A stretch of 64,000 nucleotides of DNA, taken from the NCBI RefSeq assembly GCF_018977255.1, contig NW_024704748.1:25792001-25856000 (forward strand). Direction: 5' to 3'. Both the position numbers and the translations under genes were made by a program. This DNA is from Callorhinchus milii (Eukaryota). The notes beneath the pieces were generated by a model. That model saw nothing but the letters and a program-made list of their open reading frames with translations. It was not told the origin of the DNA and did not search any database. Each line of letters begins with the position of its first letter. The first letter of the stretch is position 1. Shown here piece after piece: positions 1 to 30,476 of the stretch.

Positions 1-92
1 TGACACAGCGCCTTATCGTGTCTTCGAGAGGTCTCAAAGAGCTTCACAGAATATATCGTAAAGTGAATCGACGGTATATTTTGTGGGCGAAA
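1..92 (-). mobile_element. Partial SINE (L2-type tail)
   Basis: Matches the tail shared by the SINE copies in this window (gcgccttatc..gtctcaaag..cttcacagaatata). Confidence 0.8.
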
Positions 93-139
93 AGAAAGGT
101 CTTAAGCAATGAGAGCATAGCTTAAGACCTTTCTTTTCG
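88..139. repeat. Perfect 20-bp inverted repeat (hairpin) with a 12-nt loop
   Basis: cgaaaagaaaggtcttaagc (88-107) pairs with gcttaagacctttcttttcg (120-139). Confidence 0.95.
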
Positions 140-519
140 ATTAGGTCTCAGTCACCCCCCACACGGGCTCCCCAGTCACCTATTTGAGGTACGTTGAGGT
201 ATCCTGATTTGAAAGGCCCTATATGAGCATGCACTAAATGCACTTCGCCATGCTTTGGTGTCATGCAACATCGTCAGCACCAACGCCGATTGTGGGAAAC
301 GTAGTTCAGCGAGCTTTTAAACAAAAAATCTAAAGAGAAAGGCCAAGAAACTACAACCACCAGAGAGCGTTTGAGGGAGCATTGCTGATGCAAAGAGAAA
401 GAGAGAGAGAGAGAGAGCAATGTGGCCTATTCTTGCACGTTTTCTAAGTCAGACTGTAGGTGTAGGATTGACAAGCGGAGAGAGAGCTTGAGGGACGAGG
501 AGAGGGTGGTGGTGCTGCA

Positions 520-745
520 GCGGGAAAGCTTGCCAGACAGCGCTCTCAATGGCAAGCTATGTTGTCTCAGCTGGTTAAGACTCGAGCAGTTACCTCAACG
601 CACACTCTGGGGACCCCCAAGCCTTGGTTTTTGCCAACCTATACCTAATACTTTCCGGAATTTGACAAGCAGGATCATCCCTCCAGGGAGAGAGTGCGCA
701 TTCCATCTCAACAAATATCTCTGGCATTTCACGTGGATGGGTGGG
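520..745 (-). repeat. Unclassified old interspersed repeat, copy 1
   Basis: Reverse complement resembles 36135-36378, 31725-31880, 41760-41940 and 58660-58745. Confidence 0.65.
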
Positions 746-1125
746 GGGGCGCTTGGAGCTCTCGGTATGGTTTGGATTCTCATAAGAATGGCGATGGGTT
801 TCCACATGGCTAACCAAACAAATAGTTGGGGGGGTGGGGGGGGGGGATCAAAAGTGTAAAGCACTACACAAATCTAATTTGTTGCTATTATTCTTGTTCA
901 GTTGTCCGCTCCCTCCACCTGCTCGACATCGCCTGGCCCGCCCCGCCCCACCTAACCAACGTTGGTCAAGCCTTCAGCTTCTCTGCCCACCCCCCACCAC
1001 CCTTTGGAATTCCATCCCTCAGTGCCTTTGCCTCGCTCCCTTCCTTGTCTTGTTCAAAGCATGTCTGAAGAACCTTCCTCTTTGACCATGCCTTTGGCCA
1101 CCCTCCTAACCCCATCCCCCTGGTT

Positions 1126-1156
<31 letters not shown>

Positions 1157-1525
1157 GCAGTCAATGTGTGAGAGTGAGAGCATGGCGTGTGAACACGGCT
1201 GGCTGTGGGTGGGGTGGGGGTGTTGGGGTTGGGTTTGGGGCTCACTCTGTGTGTGTTTGCAAGCAGAGAGCCCACCAGAGCAAGCTGGGTACGGAGTGAG
1301 CTGGGGACAGAATGAAGCCTCTGTCACAGGAATTTGGAGAGAGTGGGAATCTATTGGTCAAATAGTGTGTGTAAAAAAAAGTCCCTCCATCTCACTCCCT
1401 CCCTCGCCTCCTTCGAGACCTGTCTCAAGATCCTTCCTCTTCAACCGTGTCTGCGGTCATCCTCTTACCCCCTACCCTCCCCGAACCACCAGCTGGGGTG
1501 CGGATGTTTGAATGTCCAGCGCCTT

Positions 1526-1853
1526 AATAATAATAATCCTTGCATATGATATAGCGCCTTATCACGTCTTCTAGACGTCTCAAAGTGCTTCACAGAATAT
1601 ACTGTAAAGTGTCGTGACTGTGTATTTTGTGGGCAAAATGTGGCAACCAATTTGGCATAGCAGCGTCCCACAATCAGCTGTGGATTGAGTTGACCAAATT
1701 TATTATATTTTTTAATTCTTGAGGGATTATTATCAGGCCTGTGCGTGGAGGAAGGAAACTTGCCCAAGGTTTTGCCCTGATCTATCGGGAATTGAACCCA
1801 GGTCGTCTCACTTGCCAGGTGAGGGCTCTCACCACTGAGCTACAGGACTCCAC
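1526..1853 (-). mobile_element. Full-length tRNA-derived SINE (A/B boxes, L2 tail, (ATT)n end) nested in an L2 3' fragment (~1380-1525 and 1854-1900)
   Basis: Reverse complement begins gtggagtcctgtagctcagtgg..gggttcaattcc; tail ..gcgctatatcatatgcaaggattattatt. Confidence 0.9.
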
Positions 1854-1924
1854 GGGACGTCCTCCTGACGTGAAAGGTGCAGCGTAAATGTCATTTTGTA
1901 TTTGCATGTTATATAAATGCATGT

Positions 1925-2060
1925 NNNNNNNNNNNNNNNNNNNNNNNNNNNNNNNNNNNNNNNNNNNNNNNNNNNNNNNNNNNNNNNNNNNNNNNNNNNN
2001 NNNNNNNNNNNNNNNNNNNNNNNNNNNNNNNNNNNNNNNNNNNNNNNNNNNNNNNNNNNN
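1925..2060. other. Assembly gap (N run)
   Basis: 136 N. Confidence 1.
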
Positions 2061-2896
2061 GATGTTGGTGGTGGTGTTGCTGTTGGTGGTGGTGGTGTTG
2101 CTGTTGGTGGTGGTGTTGTTGGTGTTATTGTTGCTGTTGTTGTTATTGTTGGTGTTATTGTTGCTGTTGTTGTTATTGTTGTTGTTGTTATTGTTGTGTG
2201 GTTGTGTTGGTGGTGTTGTTGTTGCTGTTGTTGTTGGTGTTATTGTTGCTGTTGTTGTCGGTGTTATTGTTGCTGTTGTTATTGTTGGTGTTATTGTTAC
2301 TGCTGTTATTGTTGTTGGTGTTGTTGTTATTGTTGTTGTTGTTATTGTTGTTGGTGGTTGTGTTGCTGTTGTTGTTACTGTTGTTATTGGCGGTTGTGTT
2401 GGTGGTGTTGTTGCTGTTGTTGTTACTGTTGTTATTGGCGGTTGTGTCGGTGGTGTTGTTGCTGTTGTTGTTACTGTTGTTATTGGCGGTTGTGTCGGTG
2501 GTGTTGTTGCTGTTGTTATTGTTGTTGTTATTGTTGTTGGTGGTGTTGTTGCTGTTATTGTTACTGTTGTTATTGTTGTTGTTGTTGTTGTTATTGTTGT
2601 TGTTGGCGGTTGTGTCGGTGGTGTTGTTGCTGTTGTTGTTACTGTTGTTATTGGCGGTTGTGTCGGTGGTGTTGTTGCTGTTGTTATTGTTGTTGTTATT
2701 GTTGTTGGTGGTTGTGTTGTTGCTGTTGTTATTACTGTTGTTATTGTTGGTGGTGTTGTTGCTGTTGTTGTTACTGTTGTTATTGGCGGTTGTGTCGGTG
2801 GTGTTGTTGCTGTTGTTATTGTTGTTGGTGTTGTTGTTGTTGTTATTGTTGTTGTTGGTGGTGTTATTGTTGTTGTTGGTGGTGTTGTTGTTGGTG
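2061..2896. repeat. Degenerate (GTT)n trinucleotide array with a higher-order 48-nt unit
   Basis: Unit ggcggttgtgtcggtggtgttgttgctgttgttgttactgttgttatt recurs several times. Confidence 0.95.
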
Positions 2897-3206
2897 TGGG
2901 CGAGGGGGCGGGGCTCTGCGTGTCAGTCAACGCGTGGGGAGGGCGGGGCGGGGAGGTGAGCGCACTGCGCCTGCGCGCGAGGCACGGGGTGGGGGGGCGG
3001 ACGCTGCGTGTCTGTCAGTCAGTGCGTGTGTGTGTGTGTGTGAGAGAGCGAGAGAGAGCTCAGGGCGCATGCGCGCGAGGCCGCCCGCCCGTGACTCACC
3101 GGCCTCCATCCGCCATCTTTTTGTGGCGACGGGGGGAAGAGGGGGCGAACAGGAGGCGGAGAGAAGCCAGAAAGTGAACCCCAAGTCAAGCGGCCGCGGC
3201 TCGGAC
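2897..3206 (+). promoter_or_regulatory. CpG-island, TATA-less promoter and 5' UTR of TIAL1
   Basis: CpG-dense; GC boxes (GGGGCGGGG at ~2905 and ~2941), NRF1 motifs (TGCGCCTGCGC ~2966, GCGCATGCGC 3065-3074), PBX/PKNOX-like CTGTCAGTCA 3012-3021, AP-1 TGACTCA 3092-3098, YY1 CCGCCATCTT 3110-3119. Confidence 0.75.
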
Positions 3207-21632
<18,426 letters not shown>

Positions 21633-23360
21633 GCAGGGACTCATTAATCTTTACCTACAAAATGAAAGAACCTAGATTTTTCTAATGACCGACATCAAAA
21701 CGTTCACTGACACCATGGACAAAATATAGACTATTTATTTTAAAGCTGAATATTTTAAAAATTCTATCGCAGCTGAGCTCATGGTGGAGGATGCTAAATG
21801 TTTCCAAGTTCTGCTTTTTTTTTCTTTTTCCTTTCAGGGACGTGGGGGGCGGGGGGAGGGAGGGAAGTGTATGTATGAACAGTTTGTTTTTCATTGTTTT
21901 TAGAGTGAAGACGAAATCGAGGATATTGACTTTATTTTGAAATGAAGTGCTATTGTGTATGAATTTGAAAATAAAAACTGCAGTGTTAGTGGGAAAATGT
22001 CAACCAGACTTTGACAATCTTTTTATTTAGTAGAGCATTCCACAGTATCGATTTCATAGATACTCTGTTGTAAAGGGACTTCTAAAACCTTGTACGCCAC
22101 TGTAAGAGTACTTCAGGAGGTTTCTGTAAAATGTATAATAAAAGCAGGCTTCGTGTTCAATAAACATAACCTAATTGAATTTCACATCACTATGGACCAA
22201 CTGGCTTCTCATTATCGTGGATGGGCATCCTGATGTGCCAATATTGACTTAACGTTGAGATGCAACAACCTATTGCATCTCGGCTTGAATTAAAATTGTA
22301 GTAAATGTTCACCGTCCCGTTTTTAAGCTTCACAGAGCGCATTGAACAAGAAGCCTGGTAAAGGCAGATTACGTCTTTTTTGTTTATTAAAAAAAGGATT
22401 GTGTTGTGCTTAATCGGGAAACTTCCAAAGGGAACACGGGCTATATTTGGATTGCTGGAATCCCTTGCATTGTATTTTGGACTTTGAGGTGTGCTCTGCA
22501 TTTATACACATACATACACACACACTTGGGATACACACACACCCCTGACAAGGGATTGGGATAAAGATTACAAGTGTAAATATCTACGGATAACATTTAA
22601 TACACCAATATGATTTTTTTAAAGCATGCTCTAGTGTAGAGTTAGCACATTATTACTTTGTGTCAATTAGGAGTTGTTGATGATCAATAAAAACAACTGT
22701 TCAACTGTACAATACTGAAGTAGCAGATTGCCCAGAATGTGCAATGTATGCCTGTGTTTCATAAAAGTATGTTAATCTTTCCTACTGCAGTTGTGTAGTA
22801 TATAAAATTATACAAAGTAAATTTCAAATGGAAGCCTTAAATTTTATTTCTTATCTGCTTTGGGCATAGTTTCGTTAACAAATAGATTTAATTAGGTATT
22901 CTGTTTTTCTACCTTTACTGTGCTTCGTTTCTGTCATATAATTCTTCTGAACCATATAAAATTACTTCCAAGATTGGAAAAAGTTGCATTACTTCAGAGC
23001 ATTTACTATAAATATGTCACGTTTTGAAGACTGGACTGAAAATAAAAATGTAAAATAAACCAATCATGTCGGAACCAACTGATCTTTTTAACAGTGCTAT
23101 GTGCCATTTGTTAATGAAGGGTGCAGTTGAAAAATCTGCACTATTATGTGAAATTTTCTTTTCCAAAAAAAAATTGAGTGGTTTGCATGTTAAGTGCGAT
23201 TCACATTTTTAAAAGTTTTTAAACTCCCATCTCGTTTGAGCATTGGGGTGTAGAATGGGTGAATTATGAAGACATACAAAAAGCAAATTAACATTGGTTG
23301 TGTCTGGATTATTTCTTTGTTCTGTATCTTAAAAAATAAAAAGTGAATTTAAATACAATC
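21633..23360 (+). other. TIAL1: TIAL1 3' UTR with multiple candidate poly(A) signals
   Basis: AATAAA at 21970, 22137, 22686, 23041, 23054 and 23335; AU-rich and repeat-free; the end point is inferred. Confidence 0.6.
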
Positions 23361-24659
23361 TTTTATATAGTTTGCATCTGTTAGATTTTACTTTGTCCGC
23401 TGAAATAAGTGGTTATGAATCAAGTTGGTGTGTCGTGGACATGTAAAGCTTTCATTTCTCGTTCCTTGAACTTCTAAATTGTCTTGTGTTCAGTGTGGCA
23501 TCTATTTGGCCCTTTGTCTGCCTAGACAATACCAGCAGACTGTTGATACGAGTCCGGGGTGGAGGGCAGAAGCATTTCAGAGCTGCTCAATCTTGTATTT
23601 ACTTAGTGTCCACGTATTGTTCTAGTCATAGTTAATCGGTAAGAGTTCCAATAATATCCAGCTGCAATAATGCTACTTATATAGTTTTAAGTACTCTTTG
23701 GAGACCGTCTTTATACAGGCTGAACGAACAATTGGTGCAATTGTAAAGGTGGTGGGGTGGGTGTTGCATGTTCCCTCGTAGCCGTTCGAAAAGTAGAGGC
23801 TTTGAAGAAAGTCGTGTGTTATTTTCTTGGGATGGTGGAAGCCACAAAGAGGGAAGTGGGATATCTCAATCAATTTGGATGCCTAGGGTTCCCGTATTTT
23901 TCGAAACTTCTGCTAGACACCTTTGACAAGGTGTTCCACAGTGATAAATCTCTTGACTAAAATTGGGATGAGATGATTTAGATTTGCCAATTTTGAATTC
24001 ACTCTCTGCTGCGTGATAGAAAAGCGGGTTGGTCAAGAGATCTTTGTGAGTATGTGTAAAATTAATAACTGATGTTTTTGTGGGAGGGTATGAATTACCT
24101 CCTTCCATCCCAAGAGGGGAAATGTTTGATCTCTGGCCTTTACAAATGTCACTGAGAAGGTACAGTGACTGAACTAACTGAGTCCCAATTAATTAATGGA
24201 ACAACTCTACAAATATGAGGAACTGTAATAGATGTGTTTTGTTTATCAATTTCTGAGCGTTGCAATATTTGAGTGGCATTTATACAACAGTGAACGTATG
24301 AGACTGCGCCAGAAATCCTTCCAAGTGCTCCAGCAGACCATTCCGAATAAGGAAGTGAAGTGGACACGCTTTGAGGTCAAGAGGAGGAATCTGAGTGCAC
24401 GGGGGGGTGGGGGGGGAGTCAGCTTTGGTTTCACTGCCATTGATCTGTTTACAGAACAAACATAAGCTGCACTTTTCTATTAAATTAATGTTGACTTGTG
24501 GAATTGTGCCTGATTTTGGTAGTCTCTTTTCCCTTCCTCGGGATTGAAATGTAATTTTAGGCTCTACAGAGCAGCTGTTTCATCTGAAGAAGGGAAAGGA
24601 AAAGCACATTGGAGTACAATGCATAAAGGACTAATCACTTTACCATTGAATCCATGTCA

Positions 24660-25016
24660 TCCTGGTTCAAGTGGTAGGACTGAGAGAGAAGGTTGTGAGT
24701 TCAAGGGTCCTTTTGGGCTTGTTGGCACTCCAGGACAAAGCTGGGAAAGTTGCCTTTCCGAGGTCCTGTCCATGGTTGAGGTGTAAAGCCAAGATGGAGC
24801 CCGTCTCTTCAGATAGATGTTAAAAGTTTATTCAAAAAAATACGCAAGTTTCTCCCAATGTCCTGGTCAATAAGCTCCCAGATCAAACTCTGTATTCACT
24901 TCTGTTTGCAGGACATTGCTGTGCATGAATTGGCTGCAGTGTTCACTTTCAAATACAGTCATTATAAGCTCTGAAGTGCTTTGATGCGGTGCTATAACAA
25001 ATGCAAGGATTATTGT
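24660..25016 (+). mobile_element. Degenerate Deu-type SINE
   Basis: gaaggttgtgagttcaag head, gatgttaaaag core remnant, ggacattgctgtgc..tail. Confidence 0.6.
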
Positions 25017-27038
25017 TTTACATGAAGGCGCTATATAAATGCATGCCATTGGTTGTATTGAAAGCAATTATCCTCGGTTTCCTTCATTACGATTAAAATA
25101 TTCATGGACAAATGATTGACGCTTAATATGCAAATACTCCATTTTAGACTTGAGTATATTTTAGTTGTACAGTAATAATGGCACTTTGGTACTGTCGCTG
25201 CACACCTGACTACTGTACATAATAAGAGGAGAGTTATATAAATGGAACAGGGTAGTTGCACCAACTAAATGACATCAATTATTTATTTAAACCTCTTACC
25301 GTGAAACAATAAATGCATCTTTGCAAATGAGGCAAACGAGTCATTAAGTGACCCCCCCCCCCCTCCAAAATTAATGTTTAAAGATGTTTTCCTCTGAGAG
25401 CACATTCTTGAGTCTGCCTGGCGGTTAGCCAGCCTTTAACAGGCTTGCGTTAGGTCTGGTAATTTGTGCAGCTGGAAGATTATTGTTAAACCCTGAAACC
25501 AGCATCGAGACACCGAAACAGGAACCACATCTGATGTCAATATTTCTGTACAAAAGTTTAATGCTTGCTCTTAACCAGGTTGCTTCAGTTGAGCTTGCTT
25601 TTAGAACGTTCTTTGCTAAATAGAAGTCAAAAGGACTAATCTATAAGCTATATCATTTTCTGTCTCATGTGGTGGAGCCGTGCTCTATTTGCTGTATAAG
25701 ATTCTATAAAATTATTAATTACTTGACCACGCAGAGTGCCGAAAGTGTTTTCATCCCTATGATTTATGCTCATGTTTTCCGTTAAACTTCATTGCTCGCA
25801 ATCTTTTGTGATATCATCGTTCTTCAACAACAATTCCGCAACACAATCAAAAGCAGACTAAAATGTTCCATTTCATTTCAGATGCATCTGGAGAAAAGGC
25901 TTTTTGTCACGGTCTATTAAAAATTCGGCGCGATGGCGTACTCAGAAAACGCAGATGAAAAGGCACAGAATCTCCAGGAAGATCAAGCAAATGAAAATTC
26001 CACGTACTGTTAATAGCCCTACTGTAGTCTTATTTTAACGTTCAAAGGAATTTCAAGCGCATCCTGCTGTGGTGCAAGTTTACGGCCACTGGTGGTTTTC
26101 AAACCTCGCTTGAGTTGCTATTCGTGTATTGGCCCACACGCTGTATGGAAGCAGTACTGTTTGACTGTGAAAATACCAACTGAACACACGCCGATTCCCA
26201 CCCAACATACACACACACACACACACGCACATCCACGCACACTTTCCAGCAGAGATCACTGAATCGCAAGTGATTGAGGGAACCCTGGCACACATTTCCT
26301 CATTCTGCCCCGGAGGCTTTGAAGCCAACTGTTGCGAGTCATCAGCTGCCATGTCTCAGGCGTAGAAAAAAAAAAATCGGATTCAAATCTGCAACCTTAT
26401 GGTTTTACACGGTTTAGTGTTGGGATGAGCCTTGCCTTTTCCCGCCAAGGCCATTGGGCTAACTTGGATTTAATTAATTTAGTTTTAACGTCGCGATGTG
26501 ATAAGGCGCTGCGTCAAATGCAAGGATTATTATTAGTATTATTATTATTAATTAGCGTTTTAAAACTTAACCTTTGTGCCAGCTACTTCCTGTTTCTGAG
26601 AGTAACAATTTTATTCTGGTTAGACGCAGAGCAACGTGCAGGAGGTAGGGGAGAAGACGGGAAGTATATGAATGCCACAGCGCCATTCCAACGTTTAAAA
26701 TATCACCAGAGACGGCAGTTCCAGTCTGGAGACCAGCTGTACAAACCTGTTGTCAGATTTTTTTTAAAAAAAACCCATCCATTTAATCAAAAATCTATTT
26801 AAAAATCTAAATTTTTACGATTTTTTTTTGTAAAAAAAGGAAAGGTTTATTATTTTAAACAAATGCTTGCGGTTACTTAAGCACACTTCTCTGAGTTATT
26901 TTGGTAAACAAATCAAATCAACAAGGTATTGTGGTAACAGTAACTATCCATTTTAGACTCGAAAGGATTTTATTTGCGTAACATATTTTTTAAAAAAAAT
27001 AATTCACGTCAATTTTCACTCGCTTAAAAAGAGACGTT

Positions 27039-27315
27039 TAATAATAATCCTTGCGTTTGAACTAGCACTTTGCCACTACACGAAAGGTTATGGTTGAGCG
27101 TAATGACTATTTTTGTAGGTGAACGTGGCAGACAATATGCACACAGCAATGTCCCACGAACAGCCAAGCGAATGACCAATTTTAGCTGGAGGATTGTTGA
27201 CAGGACACCGGGAGAAAACTCCCTTCTCTTTTTGAATAGTTCCATGGGATCTTTGCCCTCCGCACGAGCAGGGCCTTGGGAGTATGTCTCATCTCAAGGA
27301 CCGCGCCAATGACAG
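27039..27315 (-). mobile_element. Degenerate Deu-type SINE
   Basis: Reverse complement of aaagatcccatggaactattcaaaaagagaagggagttttctcccggtgtcctg plus tail. Confidence 0.7.
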
Positions 27316-30120
27316 CCCGTAGTTCATTAAGGGCAAAACTTAAACAGAAGAATTTGAAAGCTGCAAAGGCTTGAGATTTGTGATTACAGATCATTTTGCT
27401 TTCCGAATGCATATGTCCCACTTGTTGCGTCTTCGAGTTTGCAGATTAAGAAGTTGTCTAAACCTTTTAATCGTGTTGCAGCTTTGCAATGTCTTGTACT
27501 GTAAACAAAGGGCCTCTCTATGCACGATGAAAGGATCCCATACAAAATCAAAAAGTCTCCTATTTCATGCCACATGTGAGGTCTCTGAAAGGTTTAATTT
27601 TTTTTCAAAGATGTTTGACGTTATTATTCCAGCTGTGGGATCATTTCCGCTTGTCCTTCAATTGAACAGCTGATAGTCCCAGTGCAATAACCTGCCTTTC
27701 TCTTCTGGCAACCTTTATAGACTGAATCCCATTTCAATCAAGTGTATTTTACTTAACGTAGTTGTACCTGCAGCCGACAACAAAAAAAAAAAGGACAACA
27801 CGTTAACTCCAGAAATAATAATAATGTTAATAATGATTCTCCTTTCATTTGATACAGAGCCTTGTCACATTATGAAGATGTCTCAAAGTTCTTGAAAGTG
27901 TTTTTACTGTGAAGTGTATTTATGTTTGTCTGCATATTTGACTGTGTATTTGTAGGTGAATGAAGCAGTCAATTTGTGCACACAGCAGTGTCTCACAAAC
28001 AGCCATGAAGTGAAAGACCAATAAAGTTGCAAAGGACAAAAGAGTGGATAAAAAGCTAATTTACCTATTGCTTCCGAGCAAAATGTCAAATTACGTTATC
28101 CTATTAATTTTAAGTAATCTCATAACATATATGGCTAATTCTTCCAACGCAATATCCATCAAACCTCAGGGCCCTAAAATATGGCTTAGTTGGTTTGTTG
28201 GTTAATATCTGGCCCAGCATTTTTATATTATTTCTAGCTCGTTTAAATTGTGCCTGGATTTGGGGTCAGGGTTAGGTAAGATGGGTGGAGCAGTTGTTAC
28301 CTTTACAATGGATCACATTTATTATTTCCAGCATCTATATTAATCCATTGTGAAGCATGTGAGACACTGGTTAATACAACTGATGGAATTTCACTTGGGT
28401 AATGCAACTGATGGATATCTTTGCTGTGTTGTAATTTTCCGACCACAGGTATTGGAATTTTAATTCCTCCCTCTTATGCCCTCTTTGCCAGTCTTCAAAT
28501 CACACCTGATGATGTTCCTCTTCAACCACGCCTTCAGCCACCGCCCTTCTCTTTTCAACTCAGTGTCAAACCACAGCACTGTTGAGCACTCTGAGATGCT
28601 ACTCGTGCAAAGGGCACTAATTCCCCCACAAATATACACTCAATTCACTTCACAGTATATTCTGTGAAGCGCTTTGAGACGTCTAGAAGACTTGAAAAGC
28701 GCTATATCAAATGCAAGGATTGTTATTATTATATAATTAAATGAAAATTGTCGTGGGTTGGAATGGTTGGTCACGTGTAGAAGTTTTCTGCATTCTCCAG
28801 TATTTGCATAAAATGCGGTCTTAAAAAATAACTACAACCCAAACATTCTGCATTCAATCACTGACCCGGTCCTCACTCTACAAACATTGAAACTCATAAA
28901 CATTAGCAGTCTAGACAACATGGAATAAATTAATGGATGAATGAATCACATCCTGCTAAGTTTGATGTCTCTGTAGCAAGTGGAGATCAGAAAGAACAGA
29001 ATGGTATTTTAAGAAAGAATCCAATCTGGTCTTAAATGCAACATCTTCACAACTTGAACTTGACAGATATTTAAATCACCTCTATAACTGGATTGTGCCT
29101 ATGATGCTTACTTCTGTATAAAGCAGAACACAGATGACTAATCGGTTGTGCAATCCTTGACTACTGTGGTATTTTGGCAACGTACACAATTGGAAACACA
29201 ACAGATTGCCTATGGAGTCTGACACTGGGGTGCCTCTTGGAAGAAGAGCACTCGCCCTTCTCATGGTCCTGCTCCAAGAATTGCCAACAGAAAGCGTATC
29301 ACATGTCTCCCACCCCACTACACTGTAGGAAGCAGGAGATTGCTGCTTGGCGAACAGAACGTTCTTTAGCCTAAGTGCACAGTAGCTGCACGTCAAATGA
29401 GCCTGTGAATGGGAGTCTCGTTTCATGTTCTTTTTTGCGGAACATCGAGGTGACATTGTGCTGCTGGGCCGAGTGGCGGGGAGAGAGTGGCGGGAATGCT
29501 GTCTAGACAGAAGCTGGTCAGAGTTCAATAGCAGCGATGGGGTGTGAGTGAATTGTCTGGCGAGTTTTTGCTTTGGGAATCGGGGAGATAATACACAGGA
29601 TCTTCCCCGAGGAGATAAGGCAGGAGGGTGAAGTCCACAATAGATAGGCTTTTCTGTTCCAGCTTAAGAGTGAGATCTTTCTGTTTGGTTCCTGTGATAC
29701 TGGGTGTTGCTCCTGTAACCGCAAAGTTATAAACAATATTTTCATTAGGTTCAATGGCTTCTTAATGTGAGTGATATTTTTTGTAGCCAGGCACGGAAAA
29801 TCTGAAAAATAACCTGGATATATTTCTCAAGGTATCACGTATTTTGCCGTTAAGGCCAATAACCCACACATTCCAACAAATATCATTGGCATTTCTATGT
29901 ACATATTGAAATGTCTTCACAGTTGAATCAATGGTTGCATTTCACATTCCCTAATGCTAGACTGTTTTTTAATGACAAGATAGAAGTTTTGATCACTTGA
30001 TCTACTCAAGAATTCAGTCCCCATAGGCTGGCAAGATAAACAGCTATTTAACAGCTTAACAGAGAGATGATTCTCTGATGGACAGATAAATATCTCTTAG
30101 TGGTGGGAGGGAGTGAACAA

Positions 30121-30476
30121 AAATAAATAATAATAATACTTGCATTTCACAAATTTTACACAGATGTCTCAAAGCGCTTCACACAATATACTGTAAAGTA
30201 AATTGACTGTATATTTTGTGGGCGAAATGCAGCAGCCAATAGCACACAGCAGCGTCCCATAGACAGTTGTGGATTGAGATTTTTTTAAAGGAGTTATTAC
30301 GCCCAGAAAGCGATCCGCCAACCGACCAACAACTGAGTTCCTACTTAGTGCTATGTAAACAGTGGTGTGTGGAGTAAAGGAAACTTGCCCAAGGTTTCGC
30401 CCCCTGCCCGGGAATCAAACCCAGGTCCTCTCGCTTGCGAGGTGAGTGCTCTAACCACTGAGCTGCAGGACTCCAC
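30121..30476 (-). mobile_element. Full-length tRNA-SINE, subfamily A
   Basis: A box, B box, anticodon-like loop CT-CGC-AA, body and L2 tail. Confidence 0.9.

Noticed and set aside
1782-2930. 382-aa Thr/Pro-rich mucin-like ORF on the minus strand, and the long Val/Leu/Cys ORFs on the plus strand
   Set aside because: Stop-free only because of the trinucleotide repeat and N gap; the minus-strand ORF has a non-ATG start; no signal peptide or domain
23757-23960. ORF containing DTFDKVFH
   Set aside because: Decayed CR1 reverse-transcriptase remnant (AFDKVPH motif), not a gene
29380-29760. Possible solo LTR-like GC-richer segment
   Set aside because: No TG..CA ends, TSD or second copy identified
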